A DNA stretch of 64,000 bases from the NCBI GenBank assembly GCA_965242965.1, contig OZ251518.1, positions 1,728,001 to 1,792,000 of the forward strand. The letters run 5' to 3'. How positions within the stretch are numbered: the first letter of the stretch is position 1; each line of letters starts with the position of its first letter. Positions 10,397 through 20,273 of this stretch are shown piece by piece. The notes beneath the pieces are model-generated. The model was not told where the DNA came from. It saw only the letters and a list, made by a program, of their open reading frames with translations, and ran no database searches. The translations under genes were made by a program, and so were the position numbers. This stretch comes from Candidatus Poribacteria bacterium. GTDB lineage: Bacteria > Poribacteria > WGA-4E > WGA-3G.

Positions 10397-11089
10397 GTGA
10401 AAATTTCAGCTGTCTCTTTTGACGCTGACATGACGTTGTGGGACTTCCAGAAAGTCATGCGGCATTCCCTAAAACAGACATTGATAGAACTCCGCCGACA
10501 TGTCCAGACACAACATGCCCGCGCTTTAACCGTTGAAGCGATGATAGGCATTCGTGAACGCGTCGCCGACGAAGTGAAGGGTGAAATCTGGAACCTGGAG
10601 CACATCAGACGACTCGCATTTGAGCGGACGCTTGAACATGTCGGGCACCCGGACAAAGCACTCGCCGCGCATCTCAACGCGATATATCTGAAGCACCGTT
10701 TTGAGGATATTATCTTGTATCCGGATGTTTTGCCAACACTTGATGCTTTGGCACCGCATGTCGCGCTAGGCATACTGTCGAACGGAAACACTTATCCGGA
10801 ACGCTGCGGACTTGAACGACGTTTTGAATTCGTCGTCTTTGCCCAAGATGTAGGCGTTGAGAAGCCCGACCGGCGTATCTTTGAAATTACTGCCCGGAAG
10901 GCAGGATATCCATTAACGGCGTTATTACACGTCGGAGATTCACTAGAAAGTGATGTGGCAGGTGCACGGGCAGCGGGCGCGTATGCTATCTGGCTGAATC
11001 GCGAAGGAATGCCGAACAACACCGATATCCGTGCGGATTATGAAATCGCTTCGTTGGACGAAATTCCAGCAATTTTGGGCGTATTGTAG
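10397..11089 (+). CDS. HAD-superfamily hydrolase
   Basis: FDADMTL, LSNGN, EKPD, HVGDSLESDVAGA; GTG start at 10397. Confidence 0.9.
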   Translation: MKISAVSFDADMTLWDFQKVMRHSLKQTLIELRRHVQTQHARALTVEAMIGIRERVADEVKGEIWNLEHIRRLAFERTLEHVGHPDKALAAHLNAIYLKHRFEDIILYPDVLPTLDALAPHVALGILSNGNTYPERCGLERRFEFVVFAQDVGVEKPDRRIFEITARKAGYPLTALLHVGDSLESDVAGARAAGAYAIWLNREGMPNNTDIRADYEIASLDEIPAILGVL

Positions 11090-11162
11090 GGGTGGAGGTG
11101 GCAATTCGCCCTTACAGTTCATCCAAGAATTGGAGTCTTCTTGGAAAACAGAAGCAAAAAAG

Positions 11163-11192
11163 TTGATATTTGAAGGTTCACTATGCTATAAT
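11163..11192 (+). promoter_or_regulatory. sigma70 promoter upstream of TA locus
   Basis: TTGATA-18 bp-TATAAT with extended TG. Confidence 0.6.
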
Positions 11193-11207
11193 AGTGTCTG
11201 TGGAGAA

Positions 11208-11733
11208 TTAATCGAGGGTGTTTCATAACTCCGTGTCGGAGAGCTCTCCCGGTCTCGATGCAAGCGGTATCCCTTTCATCGTAGGGCGAGGGCCTGTCCC
11301 TCGCCATCGTTCATGCACGTGCACCCCAACGCTCGCGGTGGCCTGTCCCCCGCGATGGCTCAAGAACCGTTTTTTTTATCGTAGCGCGGGGGCCCTCGGA
11401 TGCCATACGCGCATCCGAGCGGGTTTCCCCCGCGTTGTCCATCGTCACGATGTGTGCTTCCCCTCTGTAGTTTGTGATCGCCTGATCACAAACAGGTCAG
11501 ATCAGGCGATCCTGACCTACAGGGGAGGATGCGATCTGACAGTAAGACGCATGGCGAGGGACAGGCCCTCGCCCTACGGTGCAAGCGGCAATCAAGCATG
11601 ACGAGGGAAACCCTCTCGGATGCGCGTGTGGCATGCGAGGGCCCAAGCCCTACGTGAAGGGAAGGCGTTTTTTCACCGTAGCGCGGGGCCTGTCCCCGCG
11701 ACGTTGAACGAATTATGAAACACTCTCAATTAA
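11208..11733. mobile_element. MITE-like REP cassette with 20-bp TIRs
   Basis: ttaatcgagggtgtttcata ... tatgaaacactctcaattaa (18/20 inverted match). Confidence 0.75.
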
Positions 11734-11771
11734 GCCCAAACACGCCCAGGAGAAATGAGGTATCTCAATTA

Positions 11772-12206
11772 ATGACTACTAAAAAGAAAAATTCTGTTGA
11801 AACTGCGGTTCTCGCAGATAGCGCGACGCAGCCGGTGCGCGAGTATCCGGAAGAGGCATATTGCTTTAGTGCAGAGGAATTGGAGCAGTCCCCGGATTCG
11901 GAGCAGGTTAAAGCACCCTCTCCTGCCAAACGGACTCGGACGGAGGAACCGCGCATCCGTGTCAGGAAGCCGGATTACACGCTGGCAGACCTTTTGGCGC
12001 AGTTACCTAAGTCGGAAACACCCGAGTCAAACGCGGGTGCTAAGGGTTGCGCGACGCAGCCGGTGCGCGAGTATCCGGAAGAGGCGTATGACTTTGAGTT
12101 TGAGGACCCGGGCTATACGCTGGAAGACCTCTTGGCGCAAGTCACAGAAGATAATCGGCACGAAGTGGTTGACTTCGGGCCGCCGGTGGGCAAAGAGGTA
12201 TGGTAA
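11772..12206 (+). CDS. Atypical MazE/ChpS-like antitoxin with internal duplication and no obvious AbrB domain
   Basis: C-terminal YTLEDLLAQVTEDNRHEVVDFGPPVGKEVW matches the MazE tail; overlaps toxin start. Confidence 0.7.
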   Translation: MTTKKKNSVETAVLADSATQPVREYPEEAYCFSAEELEQSPDSEQVKAPSPAKRTRTEEPRIRVRKPDYTLADLLAQLPKSETPESNAGAKGCATQPVREYPEEAYDFEFEDPGYTLEDLLAQVTEDNRHEVVDFGPPVGKEVW

Positions 12207-12559
12207 GAACAACCGATTACTTCCCGTGGCGCGGCGATGTAGTGTGGGTCGACTTGGAACCACACAGAGGCTCGGAACAAGCCGGCCATCGTCCCGCTGT
12301 TGTAGTCTCGCGAAGCGAATATAACCGAGATATGGATTTAGCGGTCATCTGTCCAATTACGTCGCGAGGGAAAGGCTATCCGTTTGAGGTGCCTATTCCT
12401 CGCGGTTTAGCAGTGAGGGGCGTTGTCCTCGCCGATCAGGTGCGATGCGTCGCTTGGAAAGAGCGAGATGCAGCGTTTGTCTGTCAGATGCCGCCTGATA
12501 CGTTGAAAGAGGTTTTGCAAAAAATTAGGCAGCTCTTGAGAATTCCGCTGGCACCTTAG
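12200..12559 (+). CDS. mazF: MazF/PemK endoribonuclease toxin
   Basis: RGDVVWVDL.P..GSEQAGHRPAVVVS, CPITS, YPFEV, VLADQVR. Confidence 0.92.
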   Translation: MVRTTDYFPWRGDVVWVDLEPHRGSEQAGHRPAVVVSRSEYNRDMDLAVICPITSRGKGYPFEVPIPRGLAVRGVVLADQVRCVAWKERDAAFVCQMPPDTLKEVLQKIRQLLRIPLAP

Positions 12560-12572
12560 CACGTGGCGTAGC

Positions 12573-13478
12573 ATGAACAGCACTCCAAACCAGCATATCC
12601 ACAATATCACGCGGCTGAAGGAAACACGCATCGCGCTGATTGACAGCGATGAGCCAGGGGCATTCCAGAAACTCCTCCGAAACTATTGGCACTGGCACTT
12701 CAACGATGCACTCCGCGATGCGGCACGGTTGCTGTTAACTACCGAACTTGGCTGGGAGCAGATACCGCAAACCTTGATACCACCGGTTGGCGAACTCGTC
12801 TCGCCGTTGGGATACGCGCTGGCGCATTCGGATAAACAGGTTCGCGATGCCGCACTGCAGGTGCTGGATGCAACCGTTTGTATACCCGCAGGCACTGCGC
12901 TTATCGGCGAGGACTGCGCGCCGTTGGAAGTTGACGCTTATGAGATGAGCGTCTATCCTGTCACGAACGCGCAATATCAACGGTTTGTGGTGGACACCGG
13001 ACGCGAACCACCACAGGATTGGATAGATGGAAACTACCCTCAAAATCGGGGAGACCACCCTGTCGTCTGGGTTACCTGCGAAGATGCCGAAGCGTATGCG
13101 GACTACATCGGCGGCAGATTACCAACGTTTCCCGAATGGCAATACGCCGCACGCGGTGCCGACGATAGGCTTTTCCCGTGGGGATATAACATTGACACAC
13201 CGCGATGCAATACCGCTGAACTCGGTGCAGATGGCACTACCCCAGTCGGCACTTTTCGCGGCGGCGCGAGCCCTTTCGGTTGTTACGATATGGTGGGCAA
13301 TGTTTGGGAGTGGACCGGCACGTCTTATGACGATGCGGGCAATTTCCAGGTCGCGTGCGGCGGCGCGTGGTATTACAATCATGACTACAGTACCTGCACG
13401 AGTTACGATTTTTTTAGCAACGGGTATGCCGAATTCATCATCGGATGCCGAGTCGCGTGTGATATAGAGGGGCAGTGA
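12573..13478 (+). CDS. FGE-sulfatase (SUMF1-like) domain protein
   Basis: PVTNAQY, HPVVWV, RLPT.EW.YAARG, DMVGNVWEW. Confidence 0.88.
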   Translation: MNSTPNQHIHNITRLKETRIALIDSDEPGAFQKLLRNYWHWHFNDALRDAARLLLTTELGWEQIPQTLIPPVGELVSPLGYALAHSDKQVRDAALQVLDATVCIPAGTALIGEDCAPLEVDAYEMSVYPVTNAQYQRFVVDTGREPPQDWIDGNYPQNRGDHPVVWVTCEDAEAYADYIGGRLPTFPEWQYAARGADDRLFPWGYNIDTPRCNTAELGADGTTPVGTFRGGASPFGCYDMVGNVWEWTGTSYDDAGNFQVACGGAWYYNHDYSTCTSYDFFSNGYAEFIIGCRVACDIEGQ

Positions 13479-13483
13479 TATAG

Positions 13484-14023
13484 ATGGGCAGTGATATGGA
13501 TAAGCCAGATGAGAACCGCGCCTTAACGCCAAGCGATACGTCAGCGGCTTCCGAGAGCCAGGGACAGGCAACCCACGTTCAGCGCGGGCGCGTTGACATT
13601 CACACTTACCAAACTGTCGCGAAGCACTTAGAGCAAGGTGCAACGGCGTTAAAAGCGCGGCAATATCCGCAGGCGATTGCGGCATTTGAGACAGTGTTGC
13701 AACACAACGGCGAATCCGCAGAGGCGCATTTCCATATCGGCTTGGCGCGTTTTATGCTCGGTGATTATGAGCAGGCACTTGAGGCGTATAAAAAGGCGAT
13801 TGCGTGTGAACCGAAGGAAGCGGCGGCGCATCTCAATCTCGCTGCTACCTATCGCTTGCTGAAACGCTACGATGAAGCGGTTGAGGTGTATCAGCGCGCT
13901 ATCCATTTTATTCCGAATCATGCCGAGTTGCATTCGGAGCTCGGTGCCGTTTACACGTTCCAAGGCAAGCGTCGCGAGGCGGTGGCCGCGTATAAAACTG
14001 CCTTGCGGCTCAAACTCAAATAG
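13484..14023 (+). CDS. Tetratricopeptide repeat protein
   Basis: About four 34-aa TPR units (AHFHIG, AHLNLA, LHSELG). Confidence 0.87.
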   Translation: MGSDMDKPDENRALTPSDTSAASESQGQATHVQRGRVDIHTYQTVAKHLEQGATALKARQYPQAIAAFETVLQHNGESAEAHFHIGLARFMLGDYEQALEAYKKAIACEPKEAAAHLNLAATYRLLKRYDEAVEVYQRAIHFIPNHAELHSELGAVYTFQGKRREAVAAYKTALRLKLK

Positions 14024-14084
14024 GATAGATGCAAAATCGACTGCGGGAAGAGTTTGCATTGCGTCCATCCGGCGAGATACAAAA

Positions 14085-14681
14085 ATGTTTGTTTCAGACG
14101 AAGATTTGATCATGCAAAGCGGGAAGGGGGATATGAGCGCGTTTGAATTGCTGGTGCGGCGGCATCAAGCACAACTGATTAACTATATTCATCGGCTCAT
14201 TAACGACTACCACCGTGCGGAAGACCTGGCGCAGGAGACGTTCCTCCGCATCTTCCAAAACGCGAGCCGCTATCAGCCGACGGCTTCCTTCAAAAGTTGG
14301 ATGTATACCATCGCTACCAACTTGTCCCGGAACGAGATACGGAATCGGGCGCGGCGGAATACCTACTTCTTTGAAGATTTGGTGGAAGAGGGCGCGGATA
14401 TCCACGAGACAAGCATGATGCAGGATACGCGCTATCAGCCAGACGTGCTGGCGGAGAAAGAGGAACGGCGACACCTGGTCAGAAAAGCACTCGCCGAATT
14501 GCCGGAGAATCAACGTTTGGCGTTAACGCTCGTCACTTACCAAGAATTGCGCTATGAAGAGGTGGCAGAAATACTGGGTATCTCCGATGGCGCAGTGAAA
14601 GCGTTAATTCACCGCGCGCGACAGCGCATGAAAAAGCTGCTCATCAAGGCAGGATTGGGAGAAGACGTTGATGAAAAATAA
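14085..14681 (+). CDS. ECF RNA polymerase sigma-70 factor
   Basis: AEDLAQETF, FKSWMYTIATN, region 4 LPENQR...YEEVAEILG...VKALIHRAR. Confidence 0.93.
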   Translation: MFVSDEDLIMQSGKGDMSAFELLVRRHQAQLINYIHRLINDYHRAEDLAQETFLRIFQNASRYQPTASFKSWMYTIATNLSRNEIRNRARRNTYFFEDLVEEGADIHETSMMQDTRYQPDVLAEKEERRHLVRKALAELPENQRLALTLVTYQELRYEEVAEILGISDGAVKALIHRARQRMKKLLIKAGLGEDVDEK

Positions 14682-15297
14682 GAGAAAGCCGCCATATTAT
14701 GAACTGCTTCCCGGCGAGAGCGGGGTTCCGCTGGACGAGCGGGGATGGGAACTCCCGCCGACGAAGCACTGCGCCGAACTTCACACGCACTTTTCAGCCT
14801 ACATTGACAAGGAGCTGCCGGCGTGGAAACGGCTACTCGTCCGGCAGCACCTGAAACGGTGTCCGAATTGTGCGTTTCACGTGCGGCGGTTGGAGCAAAC
14901 CGATAAGTTCCTCCGTGCAGAGGAGGCTCTCCCATCATCCGATGATTTCGTGGTGAGGGTAATGGCGCGTGCATCGGAAATGCAGCAACATCAACAGGAG
15001 CAGCGTTCGCCATTGTTTGCCATCGGGAAGCGTCTCACGCGGCGCGTTGAGGCTTTACTCGGAGGGGTGAGAAAGAACATCCCGGCGCACAGTCCGCCTG
15101 GGCTGGCGGGTGCATTCGCGCTCTGCTTTACCATTTTCACGATGGTAGGTGTCACGCTTTACGCGCCGTCCGGCGATAGGTTTGCCGGGCCCGAACAAGC
15201 GGAATTGGATACCACAGAAAAACTCATCTCTTTTGAGGTAATTCGGGATGAACAACCGAAACGTTCGTTGGCTGAAGAACGGCCCTTGTCTCCGTAA
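14668..15297 (+). CDS. Zinc-finger (zf-HC2) transmembrane anti-sigma factor
   Basis: HLKRCPNC motif, single TM helix, overlaps sigma gene. Confidence 0.85.
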   Translation: MMKNKRKPPYYELLPGESGVPLDERGWELPPTKHCAELHTHFSAYIDKELPAWKRLLVRQHLKRCPNCAFHVRRLEQTDKFLRAEEALPSSDDFVVRVMARASEMQQHQQEQRSPLFAIGKRLTRRVEALLGGVRKNIPAHSPPGLAGAFALCFTIFTMVGVTLYAPSGDRFAGPEQAELDTTEKLISFEVIRDEQPKRSLAEERPLSP

Positions 15298-15622
15298 GGC
15301 GGTGAAAAAACGTCACCCTTCACCGTAGGACTTGGGCCCTCGCATGCCACACGCGCATGCGAGCGGGTTCCCCTCGCCATGCAGCGATCGCGGGGGACAG
15401 GCCCCCGCGCTACGATAAAAACGCCACCCCTCACCGTAGGGCGAGGGCCTGTCCCTCGCCATGCTGCGGTCTACCGAACCATGTTTCGGATTATCCAACG
15501 ATCGCGGGGGACAGGCCCCCGCGCTACGGTAAACAACGGCCTTCTTCCTCGCGGGGGACAGGCCCCCGCGCTACGGTAAACAACGGCCTTCTTCTTCGGA
15601 TCGCGAGGGCCTGTCCCTCGCG
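15298..15622. repeat. REP cluster
   Basis: Multiple GCGGGGGACAGGCCCCCGCGCTAC copies, including a tandem duplication. Confidence 0.9.
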
Positions 15623-15641
15623 AATGTGTTGAAAAAAAACA

Positions 15642-17411
15642 ATGAAATCTGCAACGCGTCGCGCCTTGTTCAGCTCACTACTCCTTCATTTATTCCTTTT
15701 GGTAACAGCGTTCTACATCGCGGTGCAAAATGAGCCGCTGTCGCCGGTAGAAGGAAGCATTGCAGCCGAGTTGATACCAATGAACAAACCACTTCAACCG
15801 AAAGCACCGCTGAAAAAACACGTGCCCACTTTTCGCGAGCCGCTACGAGACACAGTGCCAGTCTCTGCCGCGAAAGTAGAATCCATTGCGCCGGCTGTCG
15901 GATTTCAACCGAATCTTGTTCCAACACGTCCTGTCGATACGACGCAGCCGCTTCTGAATCAAGTGCTTGTCTCACCGGAGGTAACACCGGATGTCAGCAC
16001 TGCTTCTCGTGCCTTACGAAGCGTTGCGCGCGAACTGCCGACGACTGAACCAACTGGCGTAACAGGGAGCAGCAGTTACGGGACAAAACGGAGCGGCGTG
16101 TTGCGCGTGCCGAAAGGTGGCTCCACGATGCTGAACGTCACAGCGACGACAGGCGATGGAGAATTCTTCGACTCCCCAGATAAACCGAAGGATCCGCCGG
16201 TTGTCAATCAGACGCAATTTCGGGAGGTGATGAAAGGGCTCGCGCAAGAAATCGTGGAGGCGAGCGGCGGCAGACCGGTTGATGTCGTTTTTGTCATCGA
16301 TGCAAGCGGTAGCATGGGCGATAATATCAAGGCTGTTGCGGAACATCTCATCACGATGATAGATGTTTACAACGCCGCCAACGTTGATTACGCGCTCGGT
16401 TTGACGCAATTCTGGATGAACCAAGACAGGGAGCGAAACATCATCAAAGTGTCTCAGTTGACGAGGAGTCTGGCAGACTACAAACGCACCATCCGCGGGA
16501 TAATCCCGCAACAAGATGAAAACGCGCTGGATGCCGTTGTGCAAACGGCGAAGGAACTCCGATTTCGGGCCACCTCCAAAAGGCATTTTATTCTCGTCAC
16601 CGACGAAACGTTCACGAGTTTAGAAAAATGGACGGTAGACGATGCCATCGCATACTGCCGTGAGTTCGGCATCGCTGTGAATGTGCTTGGCCTCCGCGAC
16701 GACGAACATCAGCAGTTGGCGGCGGAGACAGGTGGCAAGTGGCACCTCATTCCGCAAGACGCGCCGAAGCCGAAGCCGAAGGGCGTGCCCAAGCCGGCCG
16801 CGCCCGGATTCATTCGTTCCAAAACGCAGACGCTGCGCAACGCGCAATGGGCAAACGTTGGGAAAATCAGCGGTGCGTTGACAAAGCACGCCGCCGAACT
16901 TGGTGGGCAAACACCACTTGACGTTATCCTTTTTATTGACGGTAGCAAGAGCATGGAGGACAAGCTGCCACACTTTTTGGGGCAGCTTGAGCACCTCGTT
17001 CGAGAGTGGGATAACGCGCTGATTGACTACCAACTCGGCGTGGTGCGATTCCGGACGCGCGCCTCGGTGAATATGGTGAACGTTTTCAATCCACCGCAAA
17101 CGCTGGAGCAGGTGCGGAAGATCGCCGAATTGCCGTGCCAAGAGAATGAGATGTTACTCGATGCAGTAGCAGAAGGATTGCGCAGGCTGAAGCACCGGCC
17201 GGACGCGCAGTTGCATCTCATCTTGGTTACCGATGAACCTGCCAAGGGCAAATACTCGGCGGCAGCGACGATGCAACTCTTGCAGCAAAGACATGCGCGC
17301 GTCAGCGTTATCGGCACTTTTGACGATTTCCAACAGCAGGTAGCCGCGAAAACGGGCGGCGTGTGGGTGCCGATGCCGGAAGCGCATACGAAGAATAATG
17401 CGTATTGGTAG
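15642..17411 (+). CDS. Membrane-anchored protein with two vWA domains
   Basis: N-terminal TM helix (SLLLH), Pro-rich linker, MIDAS motifs DASGSM and DGSKSM, VTDE. Confidence 0.85.
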   Translation: MKSATRRALFSSLLLHLFLLVTAFYIAVQNEPLSPVEGSIAAELIPMNKPLQPKAPLKKHVPTFREPLRDTVPVSAAKVESIAPAVGFQPNLVPTRPVDTTQPLLNQVLVSPEVTPDVSTASRALRSVARELPTTEPTGVTGSSSYGTKRSGVLRVPKGGSTMLNVTATTGDGEFFDSPDKPKDPPVVNQTQFREVMKGLAQEIVEASGGRPVDVVFVIDASGSMGDNIKAVAEHLITMIDVYNAANVDYALGLTQFWMNQDRERNIIKVSQLTRSLADYKRTIRGIIPQQDENALDAVVQTAKELRFRATSKRHFILVTDETFTSLEKWTVDDAIAYCREFGIAVNVLGLRDDEHQQLAAETGGKWHLIPQDAPKPKPKGVPKPAAPGFIRSKTQTLRNAQWANVGKISGALTKHAAELGGQTPLDVILFIDGSKSMEDKLPHFLGQLEHLVREWDNALIDYQLGVVRFRTRASVNMVNVFNPPQTLEQVRKIAELPCQENEMLLDAVAEGLRRLKHRPDAQLHLILVTDEPAKGKYSAAATMQLLQQRHARVSVIGTFDDFQQQVAAKTGGVWVPMPEAHTKNNAYW

Positions 17412-18226
17412 AGGATTTTCATATATCCGATAGGCGCGGTTTCAAACAGAAAAGACCGTAGTTCGGGATCGCCTGATCCCGAACGGGTCAAGATCAGGCG
17501 ATCTTGACCTACAGGGGGATGCGGTCTGCCAGCCAAACGCATGGCGAGGGCCTGTCCCCCGCGCTACGGTATAGGGAAGGCGATTGGGCCCTCGGACGAT
17601 CGCGGGGGACAGGCCCCCGCGCTACGGTGAAAAAAACGCCGCCCCTTCACGTAGGGCGGGGGCCCTCGGATGCCACACGCGCATCCGAGCGGGTTCCCCC
17701 CGCCATGCTGCGGTCTCCCGAAACCTCGCGAGGGACAGGCCCTCGCGCTACGGTATCGGGAAGGCGATTGGGCCCTCGGCCGATCGCGAGGGACAGGCCC
17801 TCGCGCTACGGTGAAAAAACGTCGCCCCTTCATCGTAGGGCGAGGGACAGGCCCCCGCCATGCTGCGGTCTACCGAAACCTCGCGAGGGACAGGCCCTCG
17901 CACTACGAAATCGGGAAGGTGCTTGGGCCCTCGGACGCTCGCGAGGGACAGGCCCTCGCGCGACGGTATCGGGAAGGTGCTTGGGCCCTCGGACGCTCGC
18001 GAGGGACAGGCCCTCGCGCGACGGTAAAAAACGGCGTGCGTTACCGTAGGGCGGGGGCCTGTCCCCCGCCATGCTGTGGTCTCCCGAGAACTCGCGAGGG
18101 ACAGGCCCTCGCGCTACGGTATCGGGAAGGCGATTGGGCCATCGCGCTACGGAGTAAGGGGACGCATCGAGACCGGGAGGTCTCTCCTATCGGGAAGGTA
18201 TTGATATATGAAACACCCTCAATCTA
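17409..18226. mobile_element. MITE-like REP cassette
   Basis: gaggattttcata ... tatgaaacaccctcaatc flanking many REP hairpins. Confidence 0.65.
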
Positions 18227-18240
18227 TAAAGGAACAGAAA

Positions 18241-18849
18241 TTGAAGATAGCCGTCCTCGTCTCAGGGAGCGGGACTAACCTGCAAACCCTGATAGAGCAA
18301 CTCCATCAAGAACCGGACAGCGGCATCGACATCGCTGTCGTCATCAGCGAACGGCAGAGTGCCTACGCGCTCACCCGCGCCAAAAATGCAGGCATCCCGA
18401 CGCGCGTTGTCAAAACCCAAGATTTTAAGAACCGCGTCGATTTTGACGCGGCAATTTCACGTGAAATCGAGCAGGCAGGCGCAGAATTAATAGTCCTCGC
18501 GGGTTTCATGAAAATCTTTCAACCGCCTTTTGTCCGCAAATATCGGAATCGTATCCTCAACGTGCATCCGACGCTGCTGCCTGCTTTTCCGGGCGCGCAC
18601 CCTGTCGCCGATACGTTGGCATACGGCGTGAAGGTCGCGGGAGTTACTGTGCATTTCGTTGATGAGGGTGTTGACTCCGGTCCGATTATCGCACAGAGGG
18701 CGGTGCCCGTGTTGGATACAGACGATGAGGAGAGCCTGCACGCGCGCATCCAAGTTGAAGAGCATCAACTCTATCCGCAGGTAATTAAGTGGTACGCGCA
18801 GGGACAATTGAAAATTGAGGGGCGAAAAGTCATCGTCACAGCCCAATAA
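18241..18849 (+). CDS. purN: Phosphoribosylglycinamide formyltransferase
   Basis: SGSGTNLQ, LAGFM, NVHPTLLPAFPG, TVHFVDEGVDSGPII; TTG start assumed (ATG 18208 lies in the repeat TIR). Confidence 0.95.
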   Translation: MKIAVLVSGSGTNLQTLIEQLHQEPDSGIDIAVVISERQSAYALTRAKNAGIPTRVVKTQDFKNRVDFDAAISREIEQAGAELIVLAGFMKIFQPPFVRKYRNRILNVHPTLLPAFPGAHPVADTLAYGVKVAGVTVHFVDEGVDSGPIIAQRAVPVLDTDDEESLHARIQVEEHQLYPQVIKWYAQGQLKIEGRKVIVTAQ

Positions 18850-18853
18850 AAAC

Positions 18854-19915
18854 ATGCTAGCTATTTCAACACGCTGGAACGCTTCAACACAACCCGATGG
18901 TGCGGCCCTGTTTGACGAACTGAAGGCACTCGGTTTTGAGACGATTGCACTCAGCCAGCACCTGACGCATGAACAGGTTGAGCAGCTCAAGCCGCTGCTC
19001 CGCGAAAATCCGCCTTGTTCGATTCGCGATACGGTAATTGGGAGATCGCGAGGGACAGGCCCTCGCGCTACGGGAAGCGGGGGATCGCGAGGGATAGGGC
19101 ATCGCGCTACGGTGACCGAGAGATCGCGAGGGACAGGCCCTCGCGCTACGGTGGGGGAGTCGGTGTCGGTGCGGAACAGATCGCGAGGGACAGGCCCTCG
19201 CGCTACGGTTAAGGAGGCAGATCCGGGGCATCGCGATACGGGACGCGGGGTTCACCTTGCCAGCCTTAACGCCGATAAACGAAACGAAGCTATCCGGCGG
19301 ACTGTGCGAACGATGGAACTCGCTGTCGAATTGGAAGTGCCGATAGTCGTGCTAGACCTCGGCGAAGTGGATACTTACGATAGAACTTATCTGCTGCAAA
19401 ACCTCTACGATTACGGCGAACGCGAGTTTGAGGCGTTCAGCGAGAAGGTAACCGAGGCGACAGAATGGCGCAAGCGCAAGCAGTCTAAACATCGGGACGC
19501 TGTCCTCCGAAGCCTCGACGAATTGAATGAACGCGCCTTGCGGATGCACCTCCACATTGCCGTTGAAAATCGTCCGCGCTATTATCAGATTCCGAATTTT
19601 GACGAAGTCGGACTGTTTTTTGAGGAATTCTACGGCAGTCCGATGCGCTATTGGCACGATGTGGCGCACGCCGCGCTGCAGGAATGCCTCGGTTTGTGCC
19701 GCGCGCATACGTGGTTGGAGGCATACGCCGAACACCTCATCGGTGTGAATCTGCACGACTTGCAGGGGCTTGAGGCGTATCACCCGCCGGGCACGGGGGA
19801 TTTGGATTGGGATGAAGTATTCGCACAAATGCCGGAGAATATCGTGAAGGTATTGGAGATTCAACACGGCGAAGCGGCGGCGGCACAGGAAGCGCGCGAA
19901 TTCTGCCAAACCTAG
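18854..19915 (+). CDS. Sugar phosphate isomerase/epimerase (AP endonuclease 2 TIM barrel) with in-frame REP array
   Basis: VENR, WHDVAH, LHD....HPPGTGDLDW, LEI motifs. Confidence 0.8.
   Translation: MLAISTRWNASTQPDGAALFDELKALGFETIALSQHLTHEQVEQLKPLLRENPPCSIRDTVIGRSRGTGPRATGSGGSRGIGHRATVTERSRGTGPRATVGESVSVRNRSRGTGPRATVKEADPGHRDTGRGVHLASLNADKRNEAIRRTVRTMELAVELEVPIVVLDLGEVDTYDRTYLLQNLYDYGEREFEAFSEKVTEATEWRKRKQSKHRDAVLRSLDELNERALRMHLHIAVENRPRYYQIPNFDEVGLFFEEFYGSPMRYWHDVAHAALQECLGLCRAHTWLEAYAEHLIGVNLHDLQGLEAYHPPGTGDLDWDEVFAQMPENIVKVLEIQHGEAAAAQEAREFCQT
19045..19208. repeat. Four in-frame REP copies inside CDS
   Basis: ATCGCGAGGGACAGGCCCTCGCGCTACGG-type units at 19045, 19084 (degenerate), 19123 and 19180. 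Confidence 0.92.
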
Positions 19916-19922
19916 TCTCTCC

Positions 19923-20262
19923 CGTAGGCGGGACATCCCTGTCCCGATAGGTAACACTCTGTCACCGTAGCGCAGGGGCCTGTCCCCTGCGATCGTTGAT
20001 TTGCCCAGGAACGCCCCTTCACCGTAGCACAGGGGCCTGATGGGGGGAATCGAGACCAGGAGGTCTCTCCTACGGGAGTTAATCGAGACCGGGAGGTCTC
20101 TCCTACTGGGTTTCTTCGGTCGGAGGGACATCCCTGTCCCGATTCAGTCGGAGGGACATCCCTGTCCCGACAGGTAACACTCCCTCACCGTAGCGCAGGG
20201 GCCTGTCCCCTGCGATCGTTGATTTGTCCAGTGCATCGAGACCAGGAGGTCTCTCCTACCGG
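19923..20262. repeat. REP cluster (CGGGACATCCCTGTCCCG and GAGACC..GGTCTC families)
   Basis: Repeated hairpins seen directly. Confidence 0.88.
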
Positions 20263-20273
20263 TGTCGTAACGC

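Noticed and set aside
12573-13478. True formylglycine-generating enzyme, or a DGR target
   Set aside because: Lacks the catalytic CxxxxC; no reverse transcriptase or template repeat seen in the window
18208-18240. purN N-terminal extension MKHPQSIKEQK (and MKHSQL at 11715)
   Set aside because: The ATG comes from the cassette TIR (TATGAAACAC); the downstream starts fit SD position and family length better
17504-18278. ORFs rich in ARGPVPR/RGTGPRAT/REGQALALR (also near 900, 11218, 15300, 20900, 56800, 60000)
   Set aside because: Translations of intergenic REP clusters, with no independent coding signal
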